Shown here: positions 1 to 7,717 of the stretch, piece by piece
Numbering within the stretch: position 1 is the stretch's first letter
Layout: every line of letters starts with the position of its first letter
Assembly (NCBI GenBank): GCA_015520425.1
Contig: WAQC01000142.1
Location: forward strand, 1 to 24,000
Length of the DNA stretch: 24,000 bases
Source: Candidatus Pelearchaeum sp.
Lineage (GTDB): Archaea > Thermoproteota > Nitrososphaeria_A > Caldarchaeales > Caldarchaeaceae
Reading direction: 5' to 3'
Program-made: the position numbers and the translations under genes
Notes under the pieces: model-generated
The model's input: the letters and a program-made list of their open reading frames with translations, nothing else
What the model was told of the DNA's origin: nothing
Database searches by the model: none

Positions 1-1
1 G

Positions 2-913
2 ATTTACTCAATATACCCTCTCCTAACTGGAGACACCTATTTACTACGCGTCCTGATACTCGTCCATATATTCGCAATACTTGCCGCGAGTCTTGACATA
101 ATCGTGGGATACACTGGCCAGCTAACCGCTGGGCATACGGCGGTATGGGGGTGGGGTGCCTTCACAACGGCGTGGATGATACTATGGTTTGGTACCAACC
201 CGCTTCTAGCTGTTCTCATGGGCGCCCTCTTCGGCGCCCTCCTAGGACTGGGAATAGGGATACTCTGCCTCCGCTTCAGATACCTACTCCTAACCCTCGT
301 AACCTTCGCCCTCCTAGTACTCTCCTACGCCCTAGCGCGGCAATTCACAGACATAACAGGAGGAGAACTAGGCCTTCACGGAATAACTCCAATAACAAAG
401 AACCCAATACTCAGCTTCTACATCACCTTCGGCGCCCTCCTAATAACCGTGGTATCCCTCTTCGCATTAGGCAGGTCGCGTATAGGTCTGAGGATGAAAT
501 CCATCAAGGAAGATGAGGTAGCGGCCGAGACGATTGGGATAAACACTGTGCGCTACAAGGTTCTCGCCAACGTCATAGGCTCGTTCTACGCAGGGCTGGC
601 TGGGGGGCTCTACACAACATACACAACCAGCGTCGGGGCAAGCATATTCTTCCTAGACCACCTCCTACGCCTCATACTCATGTGGGGAATAGGAGGCGGC
701 GGCACAATAATAGGACCAGTAATAGGCGCCTACGCGGTCATGCTACTCTCAGAGTATCTTAGATTCATAGAAGAGTTTAGGCTAATACTCCTCGGAGTAA
801 TAATGATACTAATAATGCGCTTCTTCCCAGCAGGCCTTTATGGAATGATAAACTTAACACTCATGAAGACACCAGTGAGAGGAGGAAGACCAAATGAGCC
901 TCCTAAAAGTTGA
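2..913 (+). CDS. Branched-chain amino acid-type ABC transporter permease (LivM-like), 5' end cut by the window edge
   Basis: The frame is open from base 2, with no stop upstream of the GTG at 104 (...SLDIIVGYTGQLTAGHTA), so the gene runs off the left edge. The product is a hydrophobic multi-TM protein with a LivM/LivH-type GYTGQL..GH segment. Its 3' end overlaps the next ATPase gene by 20 nt. Confidence 0.8.
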   Translation: MYSIYPLLTGDTYLLRVLILVHIFAILAASLDIIVGYTGQLTAGHTAVWGWGAFTTAWMILWFGTNPLLAVLMGALFGALLGLGIGILCLRFRYLLLTLVTFALLVLSYALARQFTDITGGELGLHGITPITKNPILSFYITFGALLITVVSLFALGRSRIGLRMKSIKEDEVAAETIGINTVRYKVLANVIGSFYAGLAGGLYTTYTTSVGASIFFLDHLLRLILMWGIGGGGTIIGPVIGAYAVMLLSEYLRFIEEFRLILLGVIMILIMRFFPAGLYGMINLTLMKTPVRGGRPNEPPKS

Positions 914-1604
914 GAATGCCACCAAACGATTTGGAGGGAACGTGGCGGTTAACGCCATGAGCCTGGAGGTTAATGAGGCAGAGATAGTGGGCATCATAGG
1001 GCCCAACGGCTCTGGAAAAACCACCCTCCTAAACCTCATAAACGGAATAATACAACTAGACTCAGGAGCAATCTTCCTGCGTGGAAAGCCTATACATAAT
1101 AAAAAACCACATCAGCTGGTGCGTTTAGGAATAGGGAGAACATTCCAGATAACGCGGGTATTTCGGGAGCTTACGGTATTGGAAAACATGTTATCAATCG
1201 TTGAGGCTGGAAAGAGCGATAAGAATAATCTTGTGGAAAATGCTTTCAATCTCCTAGAGCTCATAGGTCTCTCAGACAAGCTTGACGCGCGGGCAGGGAC
1301 ACTCTCAGGTGGCCAGCAAAAGCTTCTGGAATTCGCCCGCACACTAATGCTAAACCCCACAATACTACTCCTAGACGAGCCATTCGCTGGCGTGCATCCA
1401 AAGATAGTGATGAAGCTCTCGGAGCTTATACTGGATATGAGAAAGCAAGGAAAGACATTCCTCATAATAAGCCACGACATACATACGATATCATGGCTTA
1501 GCGATAGGCTGGTTGTGATGAATGAGGGACGTAAGGTCGCTGAGGGGAGCCCAGAGCAGATTAAACAAGACCGTGAGGTAGTTAGAGCATATTTGGGGGT
1601 GTAA
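894..1604 (+). CDS. livG: ABC transporter ATP-binding protein, LivG-like
   Basis: Walker A GPNGSGKTT, signature LSGGQQKLLEFA and Walker B LLLDEPFAG. The ATG overlaps the end of the permease gene. Confidence 0.85.
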   Translation: MSLLKVENATKRFGGNVAVNAMSLEVNEAEIVGIIGPNGSGKTTLLNLINGIIQLDSGAIFLRGKPIHNKKPHQLVRLGIGRTFQITRVFRELTVLENMLSIVEAGKSDKNNLVENAFNLLELIGLSDKLDARAGTLSGGQQKLLEFARTLMLNPTILLLDEPFAGVHPKIVMKLSELILDMRKQGKTFLIISHDIHTISWLSDRLVVMNEGRKVAEGSPEQIKQDREVVRAYLGV

Positions 1605-1607
1605 TGT

Positions 1608-2351
1608 TTGTCGCTTGTTGTTAGGGATATTTACTCAGGATACTTCCGCGACGTGAATGTTTTACGCGGAGTGAGCCTTGAGGTCTGCGAAGGCTCCATA
1701 ACAGCCGTTCTAGGCCCCAACGGCTCTGGAAAATCAACACTACTAAAAACAATATACGGATACCTAAAACCATCCAGCGGTAAGATACTACTTGACAGCC
1801 ATGACATAACAGGAATGAAGACCCACGACCTCCTCAGGATGGGCCTCGCCTACGTTGCTCAGGAAAGTGGAATATTCCCACACCTAACAGTTGAGGAAAA
1901 CCTAAAGACTGGTCTCTGGATACTGCGCAAAGAAAAACATATCGTAAGAGAGAGGCTTGAAGAGATTTACAACAGATTTGAAATACTCTCCGAGAAACGC
2001 AACGTTAAGGCAGGTTTTCTAAGCGGAGGCCAGCAACGCCTCCTCCAGATAGCAAAAGCGCTCCTCACCAAACCAAGAATAATACTAATGGACGAGCCCT
2101 CCTCAGGGCTCTCACCAAAAGTCCTAGATGAAGTATATGGAATAATCACAAAGCTCCGCGACGAAGGAAAAACAATACTACTCGTGGAGCAGAACGTCAG
2201 AAAAGCCCTGGAAGTTGCTGACGCGATAAACGTGATAGAGCTCGGCCAGACAAAATTCAGCGGAACAAAAAGAGAGTTTGAAGAACGGCTGGAGGAGATA
2301 ATCGGAATATGGGGATTCAAGGCAGCAGGATTACAGCACGGCAAGGGCTAG
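1608..2351 (+). CDS. livF: ABC transporter ATP-binding protein, LivF-like
   Basis: Walker A GPNGSGKST, signature LSGGQQRLLQIA and Walker B ILMDEPSSGL. A TTG start lies 3 nt after the livG stop. Confidence 0.85.
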   Translation: MSLVVRDIYSGYFRDVNVLRGVSLEVCEGSITAVLGPNGSGKSTLLKTIYGYLKPSSGKILLDSHDITGMKTHDLLRMGLAYVAQESGIFPHLTVEENLKTGLWILRKEKHIVRERLEEIYNRFEILSEKRNVKAGFLSGGQQRLLQIAKALLTKPRIILMDEPSSGLSPKVLDEVYGIITKLRDEGKTILLVEQNVRKALEVADAINVIELGQTKFSGTKREFEERLEEIIGIWGFKAAGLQHGKG

Positions 2352-2454
2352 GGGGAAGAAACAGAAGACCAAGGCAACCGATATTTGATAGGTCTAGTGT
2401 GAATGCTCAATTTAGGAGGGTTTGAGGCTCTTCTACAGTGTTGTGAGTTGAATA

Positions 2455-2466
2455 AGATATATTAAT
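2455..2466 (+). promoter_or_regulatory. TATA-like box upstream of vapB
   Basis: The element agatatattaat is centred about 27 nt upstream of the vapB ATG at 2487, which is the spacing expected for a leaderless archaeal mRNA. Confidence 0.4.
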
Positions 2467-2486
2467 GTGGTTGCTGTATTACATGT

Positions 2487-2726
2487 ATGGCTGTAATTAC
2501 GGTTAGGGTTGATGACGAGACGAAGAGGATGATGGAGCAGGTCGGGATTAACTGGAGTGAATTCATCAGAGAAGCCATTAAGAAAAAGTTGTCTGAAGAG
2601 AGGAGGAAGAACCTGGCAAGAGCCGTTTTAATAAACGAGAAAGTTAGGAAGAAGAGTGGTGTAGAGCCTAAAGCAGAGGAACTGGTCAGAGCCTTTAGAG
2701 ATGGTAGGTATGGAGGTGGTAATTGA
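2487..2726 (+). CDS. vapB: VapB-type antitoxin (ribbon-helix-helix-like N-terminus)
   Basis: 79 aa beginning MAVITVRVDDETKRMMEQ.., the beta-strand plus helix pattern of RHH/CopG-like antitoxins. It overlaps the downstream PIN gene by 17-26 nt, the classic TA arrangement. Confidence 0.7.
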   Translation: MAVITVRVDDETKRMMEQVGINWSEFIREAIKKKLSEERRKNLARAVLINEKVRKKSGVEPKAEELVRAFRDGRYGGGN

Positions 2727-3135
2727 CGCCAGCGTCATCGTCAAGTGGTTCGTCGCGGAGAAAGGCTCCGACTACGCACTTAAGCTCAGAGACATGTACA
2801 TTAGCGGGGAAATCAAAATCGCCGCCCCAGAGCTACTGCTTTACGAGGTCTTAAACGCAGTCCAACATAAGGGGCTCTTCTCATAAAACGAGATAAAAGA
2901 TATTGCAGAAGCACTAGAAGAGTATTCATTCAACCTCTACCCACTCAGGGGAGAATACGCCGCAAAAACAGTCGAAACAGCACATAAGAACCGCGTAACA
3001 ATATACGACGCTGCTTACATAGCACTAGCAATAATGAAGAATACCCACCTCTATACAGCCGACATCAAACTAATAGAAAAACTACAAACCAAGTATTCCA
3101 GATATGTAAAAAGCCTAGAAAGCCTCTCACGCTAA
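2701..3135 (+). pseudogene. vapC: VapC PIN-domain toxin interrupted by a single in-frame TAA (codon 62)
   Basis: The ORF stops at TAA 2884-2886, but the same frame continues for 82 more sense codons to TAA 3133-3135. The joined 143-aa product is a complete PIN domain, with acidic residues present in VIDASV, LLYEV, IYDAAY and YTAD. Confidence 0.75.
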
Positions 3136-3251
3136 ACAACACTATCCACAACACTTCAAGCCACGCAACAACGCCTCTATATCATTATAACTTTCAATTT
3201 CCTTTTGGAATCAGCTTAAACTCTAGCCGTATATTACTCTCCTTTAGATGA

Positions 3252-3398
3252 TTATTCTGTAATCTCCATCTGTATAACTTTACCCTTCTTAATAGAAACT
3301 CACCTAACAAGACCATATCCAACAAGCCGATTCAACAACTCATAGACAGACTTACTACCCTACCTCCTCTCTAGCTCAGACGCGGAAACCCATAGCAT
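3252..3398 (-). pseudogene. Possible remnant of a small winged-helix regulator with two in-frame stops
   Basis: The minus-strand frame reads MLWVSASELERR*GSKSVYELLNRLVGYGLVR*VSIKKGKVIQMEITE*. The S.SVYELLNRL...GLV pattern is a typical wHTH recognition-helix region. TAG and TGA stops interrupt it. Confidence 0.3.
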
Positions 3399-3493
3399 AG
3401 TATAAAAAATAGCTAAAACAGAGACTCGGCCTCGCTCAGCCTTGAATCTTCAACCTAGTTCATGGCAGTTTAGTTAAATGGATTAAGTTGACC

Positions 3494-3591
3494 TGGGGGC
3501 GGTGGGACTTGAACCCACGGCCTTCGGGTGTCCTCTGACCAGTGTTGGTTGATCTGGAGCCCGACGCCCTACCTTGCTAGGCTACGCCCCC
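3494..3591 (-). tRNA. tRNA-Trp (anticodon CCA) with a 24-nt intron at the canonical 37/38 position
   Basis: Cloverleaf read by eye: acceptor GGGGGCG/CGCCCCC, D arm GCCT-AGCAAGGTA-GGGC, anticodon arm TCGGG-CTCCAGA-CCCGA interrupted after CTCCAG, variable loop AGGCC, T arm GTGGG-TTCAAGT-CCCAC, discriminator A. No CCA is encoded. Confidence 0.9.
3530..3553 (-). other. tRNA-Trp intron (boundary ambiguous by 1 nt)
   Basis: Removing 24 nt (ATCAACCAACACTGGTCAGAGGAC) restores a 7-nt anticodon loop and a 5-bp stem. The intron contains CTGG, complementary to the anticodon-proximal CCAG. Confidence 0.75.
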
Positions 3592-3664
3592 ATCCTATGG
3601 CTACCGTTTGAGTTATTCTCTAGCGGTTATTTGAATTTTATACTCCGTATTTCGGGGTTGGCTG

Positions 3665-4504
3665 TCATCTTAGTTGTTTGACGATTGTCATGAGTTGTTT
3701 TACGCGGTTTATGTCTATTGGGTTCCAGAATTTTCCGTCTTTGCGTAGGTATGAGCCGACTATTGCGCCGTCTGCGTGTTTTAGGAGTTGTGGGGCGTTT
3801 TCTGGTGTTAGTCCGCTTCCGACCAGAACTGGGAGGAGTGTAGCCTTTTTTGCGGCTATTACTTTCTCCGCTGGTGTTGCAGCCCCTGTCCTGGTGCCAG
3901 ATACGATTATGGCGTCTGCGTCAAAGAACTCCACATCAAGGACCTGCTCCTCAAATGGTCTATCACTGATTATGAAGTGGCTTCCGTGCTTTACCTGTAC
4001 GTCTGCGAATACCTTGATATGCTCTGCTCTTAGGTGGTTTCTGTATCTTAGCGCTTTGTGTGCGATTGCCTCTACGAATCCCTCGTCGGCTATGTATGCG
4101 TTTGCCCATTCTGCTGCCCTAACCCAGCGTGCTCCAGATGCTAGGGCTGCTGCCATAGCTTGTATAACTCCATTAGCTAAGCAGCAAATCCCCACTGGCA
4201 TTCCTGTGGTCTTCCTAACTTCGCGCGCCACAACCGCGAGTATGGCGGTGGTTTCATGTCCTATGTCGTCTGGCTTGAGGTATGGTATATCCCCTATATT
4301 CTCCACCTGTAGCCCATCTACATCACCCGACTTTAGAAGCTCCGCGTCTCGCAGCGCGTATTCAATTATATCCTCAACAGGCTGGCCCCTATAGCGCGGC
4401 GCTCCTGGAAGTGGTGGTAGGTGTATCATCGCTATTATCGGTTTAGGGTTCTTGAACAACTCCTTTAGAGGGTCTGGCTTGATTGGTGCATGAGCTTCGG
4501 GCAT
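3665..4504 (-). CDS. BtpA/SgcQ-family TIM-barrel protein (function unknown), paralog 1
   Basis: Family hallmarks are IIAMIHLPPLPGAPRY near the N-terminus and the C-terminal phosphate-binding-type motifs VLVGSGLTPEN and ADGAIVGSY. The ATG at 4504 is preferred over the TTG at 4513. It lies 50-60 nt downstream of a PfkB kinase on the same strand. Confidence 0.8.
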   Translation of the reverse strand: MPEAHAPIKPDPLKELFKNPKPIIAMIHLPPLPGAPRYRGQPVEDIIEYALRDAELLKSGDVDGLQVENIGDIPYLKPDDIGHETTAILAVVAREVRKTTGMPVGICCLANGVIQAMAAALASGARWVRAAEWANAYIADEGFVEAIAHKALRYRNHLRAEHIKVFADVQVKHGSHFIISDRPFEEQVLDVEFFDADAIIVSGTRTGAATPAEKVIAAKKATLLPVLVGSGLTPENAPQLLKHADGAIVGSYLRKDGKFWNPIDINRVKQLMTIVKQLR

Positions 4505-4563
4505 CGCCGTCAAGATGTGTAGCCGCGTACTTAAGGGTGTTGAGCCATGCGTGGCCTGCGGTA

Positions 4564-5499
4564 TTACCTTGGGCCCCTCCTGTGTTGAGTAACTATGTCA
4601 TCAATTCGGGGAGGCTCTCTGAGTCTTCCACCTATCGTTGCTGCTGCTAGGCCGCCCAGCCTATTTGCCAGGGTAGCGCAACGCTCTAAGCTGAGGCTCG
4701 TTACTATGCCATAAATAAAGCCAGCGGCAAAAGCGTCTCCAGAGCCTGTGGTATCCACTGGGTTTACGGATGCCGTAGGGACGTCTATAACGCCGCTCCT
4801 CCCCACAATACTACAGCCGCGGGAGCCACGTTTTAGCACGAAGATACTCCCTATACTCAAGGCTGCCTCACCAATGCTAGTAATGCCCAACCTACCGAGA
4901 AGTTCGCCTGCCTCATCCTCATTCATAAATACGTAGTCAAAAGACCTAAGAAGCTCGTCCAGTTGTTCTCCACCTCTTATGAGAGGTATGCATAGGTCTA
5001 GCGTCTTAGGTATGCCGTGCTTATCTGCTTTCTCCATAATATATTCGGCTGCTCTCTTCTGTGGTTCTTCCAAGAAACAATATCCAGAGATATGTATCAG
5101 TGTTGATTCTGATGCTATATCTCTAGGAAGCAACGCATGTGTAAGGTGCTTATTGGCCCCTCTATATGCGAACATCGTCCTCTCGCCGCCGCGGCTTACC
5201 ACAACATATACAACGCCTGTTGATTCTTTCTCGGTCTTCTGTATGTAACGTGTCCCAACCCTGGCTTTGCGGAGCTCCTCAACCAGAAACTCTCCAACGA
5301 TATCCATGCCCACGCAGCTCACCAGCTCGGAAGATAGTCCGAGAAGTCTAAGTGCATGGGCTACGTTGGCGGCTGAGCCACCAGAAGAAATGTAAGCCCT
5401 ATTAGCTATGGACTCGCCGCCGAGCTTGGGTATATCATCGTGAAAAGCTATAATATCCAGATTAAGGTCGCCGACGCATATAACGCGGCCCTCACGCAT
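4564..5499 (-). CDS. PfkB-family carbohydrate/nucleoside kinase, substrate unknown
   Basis: GGSAANVAHAL and the anion-hole motif DTTGSGDAFAAGF. The ATG at 5499 (MREGRVICVGDLNLD) is preferred over the TTG at 5523. Confidence 0.8.
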   Translation of the reverse strand: MREGRVICVGDLNLDIIAFHDDIPKLGGESIANRAYISSGGSAANVAHALRLLGLSSELVSCVGMDIVGEFLVEELRKARVGTRYIQKTEKESTGVVYVVVSRGGERTMFAYRGANKHLTHALLPRDIASESTLIHISGYCFLEEPQKRAAEYIMEKADKHGIPKTLDLCIPLIRGGEQLDELLRSFDYVFMNEDEAGELLGRLGITSIGEAALSIGSIFVLKRGSRGCSIVGRSGVIDVPTASVNPVDTTGSGDAFAAGFIYGIVTSLSLERCATLANRLGGLAAATIGGRLREPPRIDDIVTQHRRGPR

Positions 5500-5526
5500 G
5501 GTCAGAAAAACGATAACAAACAAAAC

Positions 5527-5537
5527 ATAAGAATTAT
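5527..5537 (-). promoter_or_regulatory. TATA-like box for the PfkB-BtpA transcription unit
   Basis: The minus strand reads ataattctta, centred about 32 nt upstream of the ATG at 5499. Confidence 0.35.
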
Positions 5538-5595
5538 CATACCCACGGTCAATCTACGCTCTTAATCGGGAAGTGATGGCATAATTTTTATCGGA

Positions 5596-5607
5596 TTATT
5601 TTTTAGA
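5596..5607 (+). promoter_or_regulatory. TATA-like box for cdd
   Basis: The element attattttttag is centred about 25 nt upstream of the ATG at 5626. Confidence 0.45.
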
Positions 5608-5625
5608 CTAGCGTTGTGCGTCTTT

Positions 5626-6024
5626 ATGGTATCGGATAAGGAGCTTCTTGGTTTGGCTTTCAGGGCTACGCGACGGTCTTATGCGCCTTATTCGCGCTTT
5701 AGGGTTGGTGCGGCCTTGCTATTAGACAGCGGTGAAGTAATCTTAGGGAGTAATGTGGAGAACGCCAGCTATGGGTTATCCATGTGCGCTGAGCGCGTCG
5801 CTGTCTTTAAAGCGGTTTCTGAGGGAAAGACGCAGTTCAAGGCTATGGCTGTTGTCTCGCGGAAGAGAAACCCCGTATACCCCTGCGGAGCATGTAGGCA
5901 GGTTCTGCGAGAGTTCAACCCAGCGATAAAGATAATCACCGCTGGAAAGAATAGAAAGCCGCTGATAACCAGTTTAAAGAAGCTGCTGCCGAAGAGCTTC
6001 GGCCCTGAAGACCTATCAAAATAA
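5626..6024 (+). CDS. cdd: Cytidine deaminase (short, homotetrameric type)
   Basis: Zinc and catalytic motifs CAERVAVF and PCGACRQVLREF. The ATG at 5626 is preferred over the TTG at 5614. Confidence 0.9.
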   Translation: MVSDKELLGLAFRATRRSYAPYSRFRVGAALLLDSGEVILGSNVENASYGLSMCAERVAVFKAVSEGKTQFKAMAVVSRKRNPVYPCGACRQVLREFNPAIKIITAGKNRKPLITSLKKLLPKSFGPEDLSK

Positions 6025-6072
6025 TAGAGACCTAGAATAAGGGCAGCATTACTGGATGGAGGTGCGCTATGG

Positions 6073-7023
6073 GTGAAGCGGTTGATAATTGATACAGACA
6101 CTGCTGGTGATGATACTATATCAATACTGTTGGCGCTTAAGTGGCCTGGGGTTAGGCTTGAGGCGGTAACAGTTGTTGCTGGTAATGTGGAGTTCTGGCA
6201 GGAGGTGGAGAATGCTCTCTATACCGTTGAGCGCTTCGCCAGCTATCGCGTCCCCGTCTATCCAGGATGTAGCCGCCCCCTCCTCAAGAGCTGGCGCTAC
6301 GCCGATTATGTCCATGGAAAGGATGGGATGGGAGAGAACTACTTCCCGAAAGCCAAACAGCGGCCAGAGAATAAACACGCAGTCCAAGCCTTGCTGGAGC
6401 TGGTCAACTCAAGCCCAGGGGAGTATACGATAATCGCTCAGGGCCCGTTAACCAACATAGCCACAGCGATATTGCTTGACCGTGATTTTGTCAAGAATAT
6501 AGATAGGCTATATGTTATGGGCGGCTATGCCGATGGTTTCGGGAACATAACCCCAGCAGCGGAGTATAACTTCTGGGTAGACCCCGACGCTGCGAGGATT
6601 GTGCTTGAGTCTGGTATTAGGCCTGTTATAGTTGGCTGGGATATTGCGCTGAAGTATAGTGTAGTCTCTGAGGAGGAGCATCGTGAAATAGCTGGATGGG
6701 GGACTAGTGAGGCGGATTTCTTCGTGAAGGTGAATAGGAAAGTTGTGGAGTTTGAGAAGCGTGTCGTCGGTGTTGCTGGGAGCACCCATCCAGACACCAT
6801 AACGACGGCCATAGCCATAGAGCCTCGCGTGGGGAAGAGGATAGAGCCGCGCTATGTGGCGGTTGAGAATGAAAGCGAGCTCACGCGGGGGATGTCGGTG
6901 GTGGACCACCTAGGAGTACTAGGCAAAGAACCCAACGCAGATGTATGCTACGAGGCTGATGGCGAGCTATTCAAGAAGATGCTATTCTCAGTCTTGAAGG
7001 GCAGGCCTGGTGAGCTTGGATGA
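6073..7023 (+). CDS. Nucleoside hydrolase (IU-NH family)
   Basis: N-terminal fingerprint IIDTDTAGDDTISILLAL (DxDxxxDD). GTG start with GGAGGTG 9 nt upstream. The stop overlaps the deoC ATG (ATGA). Confidence 0.9.
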   Translation: MKRLIIDTDTAGDDTISILLALKWPGVRLEAVTVVAGNVEFWQEVENALYTVERFASYRVPVYPGCSRPLLKSWRYADYVHGKDGMGENYFPKAKQRPENKHAVQALLELVNSSPGEYTIIAQGPLTNIATAILLDRDFVKNIDRLYVMGGYADGFGNITPAAEYNFWVDPDAARIVLESGIRPVIVGWDIALKYSVVSEEEHREIAGWGTSEADFFVKVNRKVVEFEKRVVGVAGSTHPDTITTAIAIEPRVGKRIEPRYVAVENESELTRGMSVVDHLGVLGKEPNADVCYEADGELFKKMLFSVLKGRPGELG

Positions 7024-7709
7024 GATTCTCGGCAAAGGACTTGGCTAGGAGGATACAGCATACAAACGTGGCTCCTGACGCTACGCGGGGTGATATTGAG
7101 AAGCTATGCAAAGAATGTATTGAGTATGGGTTTAGCGCAGCGGTGGTTAATCCGATATGGGTTAAGAGCGCTGTCAGCTTATTGAAGGGAACCGATGTTA
7201 AGGTCTGTGCAGCTCTCAACTTCCCGATAGGCGGCTCCACAACCCTGGCTAAGGTCGTTGAAGTACGCGATGTGGTGGCTGCTGGATGTGATGAGATAGA
7301 CTTCATGATAAACGTGGGTTATCTTAAATCAGGCATGGTTGAGGAGTTCAGGAATGATGTAGAAGCCATAGTGCGGGCTGCTGATGGGCGTGTGGTGAAG
7401 GCTATACTGGAGACAGCAATACTGAGCGAAGATGAAGTTAGGCTGGCCGCGAGGCTCTGCGAAGAGGCTGGAGTGGACTATATCAAGAACTCAACGGGCT
7501 GGGGCAAGGGAGGCCCAGCTACGGTTGATATTATAAGACTTATGCGCAGCTCGGTAAGCCCAAAAGTACGCATAAAGGCTTCGGGGGGAATACGCGACTT
7601 CAAGAGCGCTGTTGAGCTCCTAGAGGCAGGAGCCGACCTTCTAGGAACAAGCAGGGGAGTGCAGATAGTAAAGGGAACGATAGACGCTGAGGATGAGTCA
7701 TCCTACTAA
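7020..7709 (+). CDS. deoC: Deoxyribose-phosphate aldolase
   Basis: Class I aldolase pattern of the short DERA type: VKAILET, IKNSTGW, IKASGGIR and LGTS. It is translationally coupled to the upstream gene. Confidence 0.85.
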   Translation: MRFSAKDLARRIQHTNVAPDATRGDIEKLCKECIEYGFSAAVVNPIWVKSAVSLLKGTDVKVCAALNFPIGGSTTLAKVVEVRDVVAAGCDEIDFMINVGYLKSGMVEEFRNDVEAIVRAADGRVVKAILETAILSEDEVRLAARLCEEAGVDYIKNSTGWGKGGPATVDIIRLMRSSVSPKVRIKASGGIRDFKSAVELLEAGADLLGTSRGVQIVKGTIDAEDESSY

Positions 7710-7717
7710 GAGGAGGG

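Noticed and set aside
145-516. A 123-aa ORF in an alternative frame inside the LivM-like permease gene.
   Set aside because: The product is an Arg/Pro-rich nonsense-like sequence, and the overlapping frame encodes a convincing multi-TM permease.
2352-3493. An intact integrated element with att repeats at tRNA-Trp.
   Set aside because: I looked for a second copy of the tRNA 3' segment (for example ggtgggac or gaacccac) between livF and the tRNA and found none. No integrase is present. Only a decayed-remnant interpretation is kept, at low confidence.
3678-4394. A 238-aa plus-strand ORF antisense to BtpA paralog 1. Similar long antisense ORFs lie at 7975..8637, 10660..11454, 11485..12285, 13716..14228, 16597..16980 and 20486..20947.
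   Set aside because: Their translations are low-complexity (Ser/Ala/Arg/Pro-rich) with no recognisable motifs, and each lies fully opposite a gene with strong family signatures. They are shadow ORFs.
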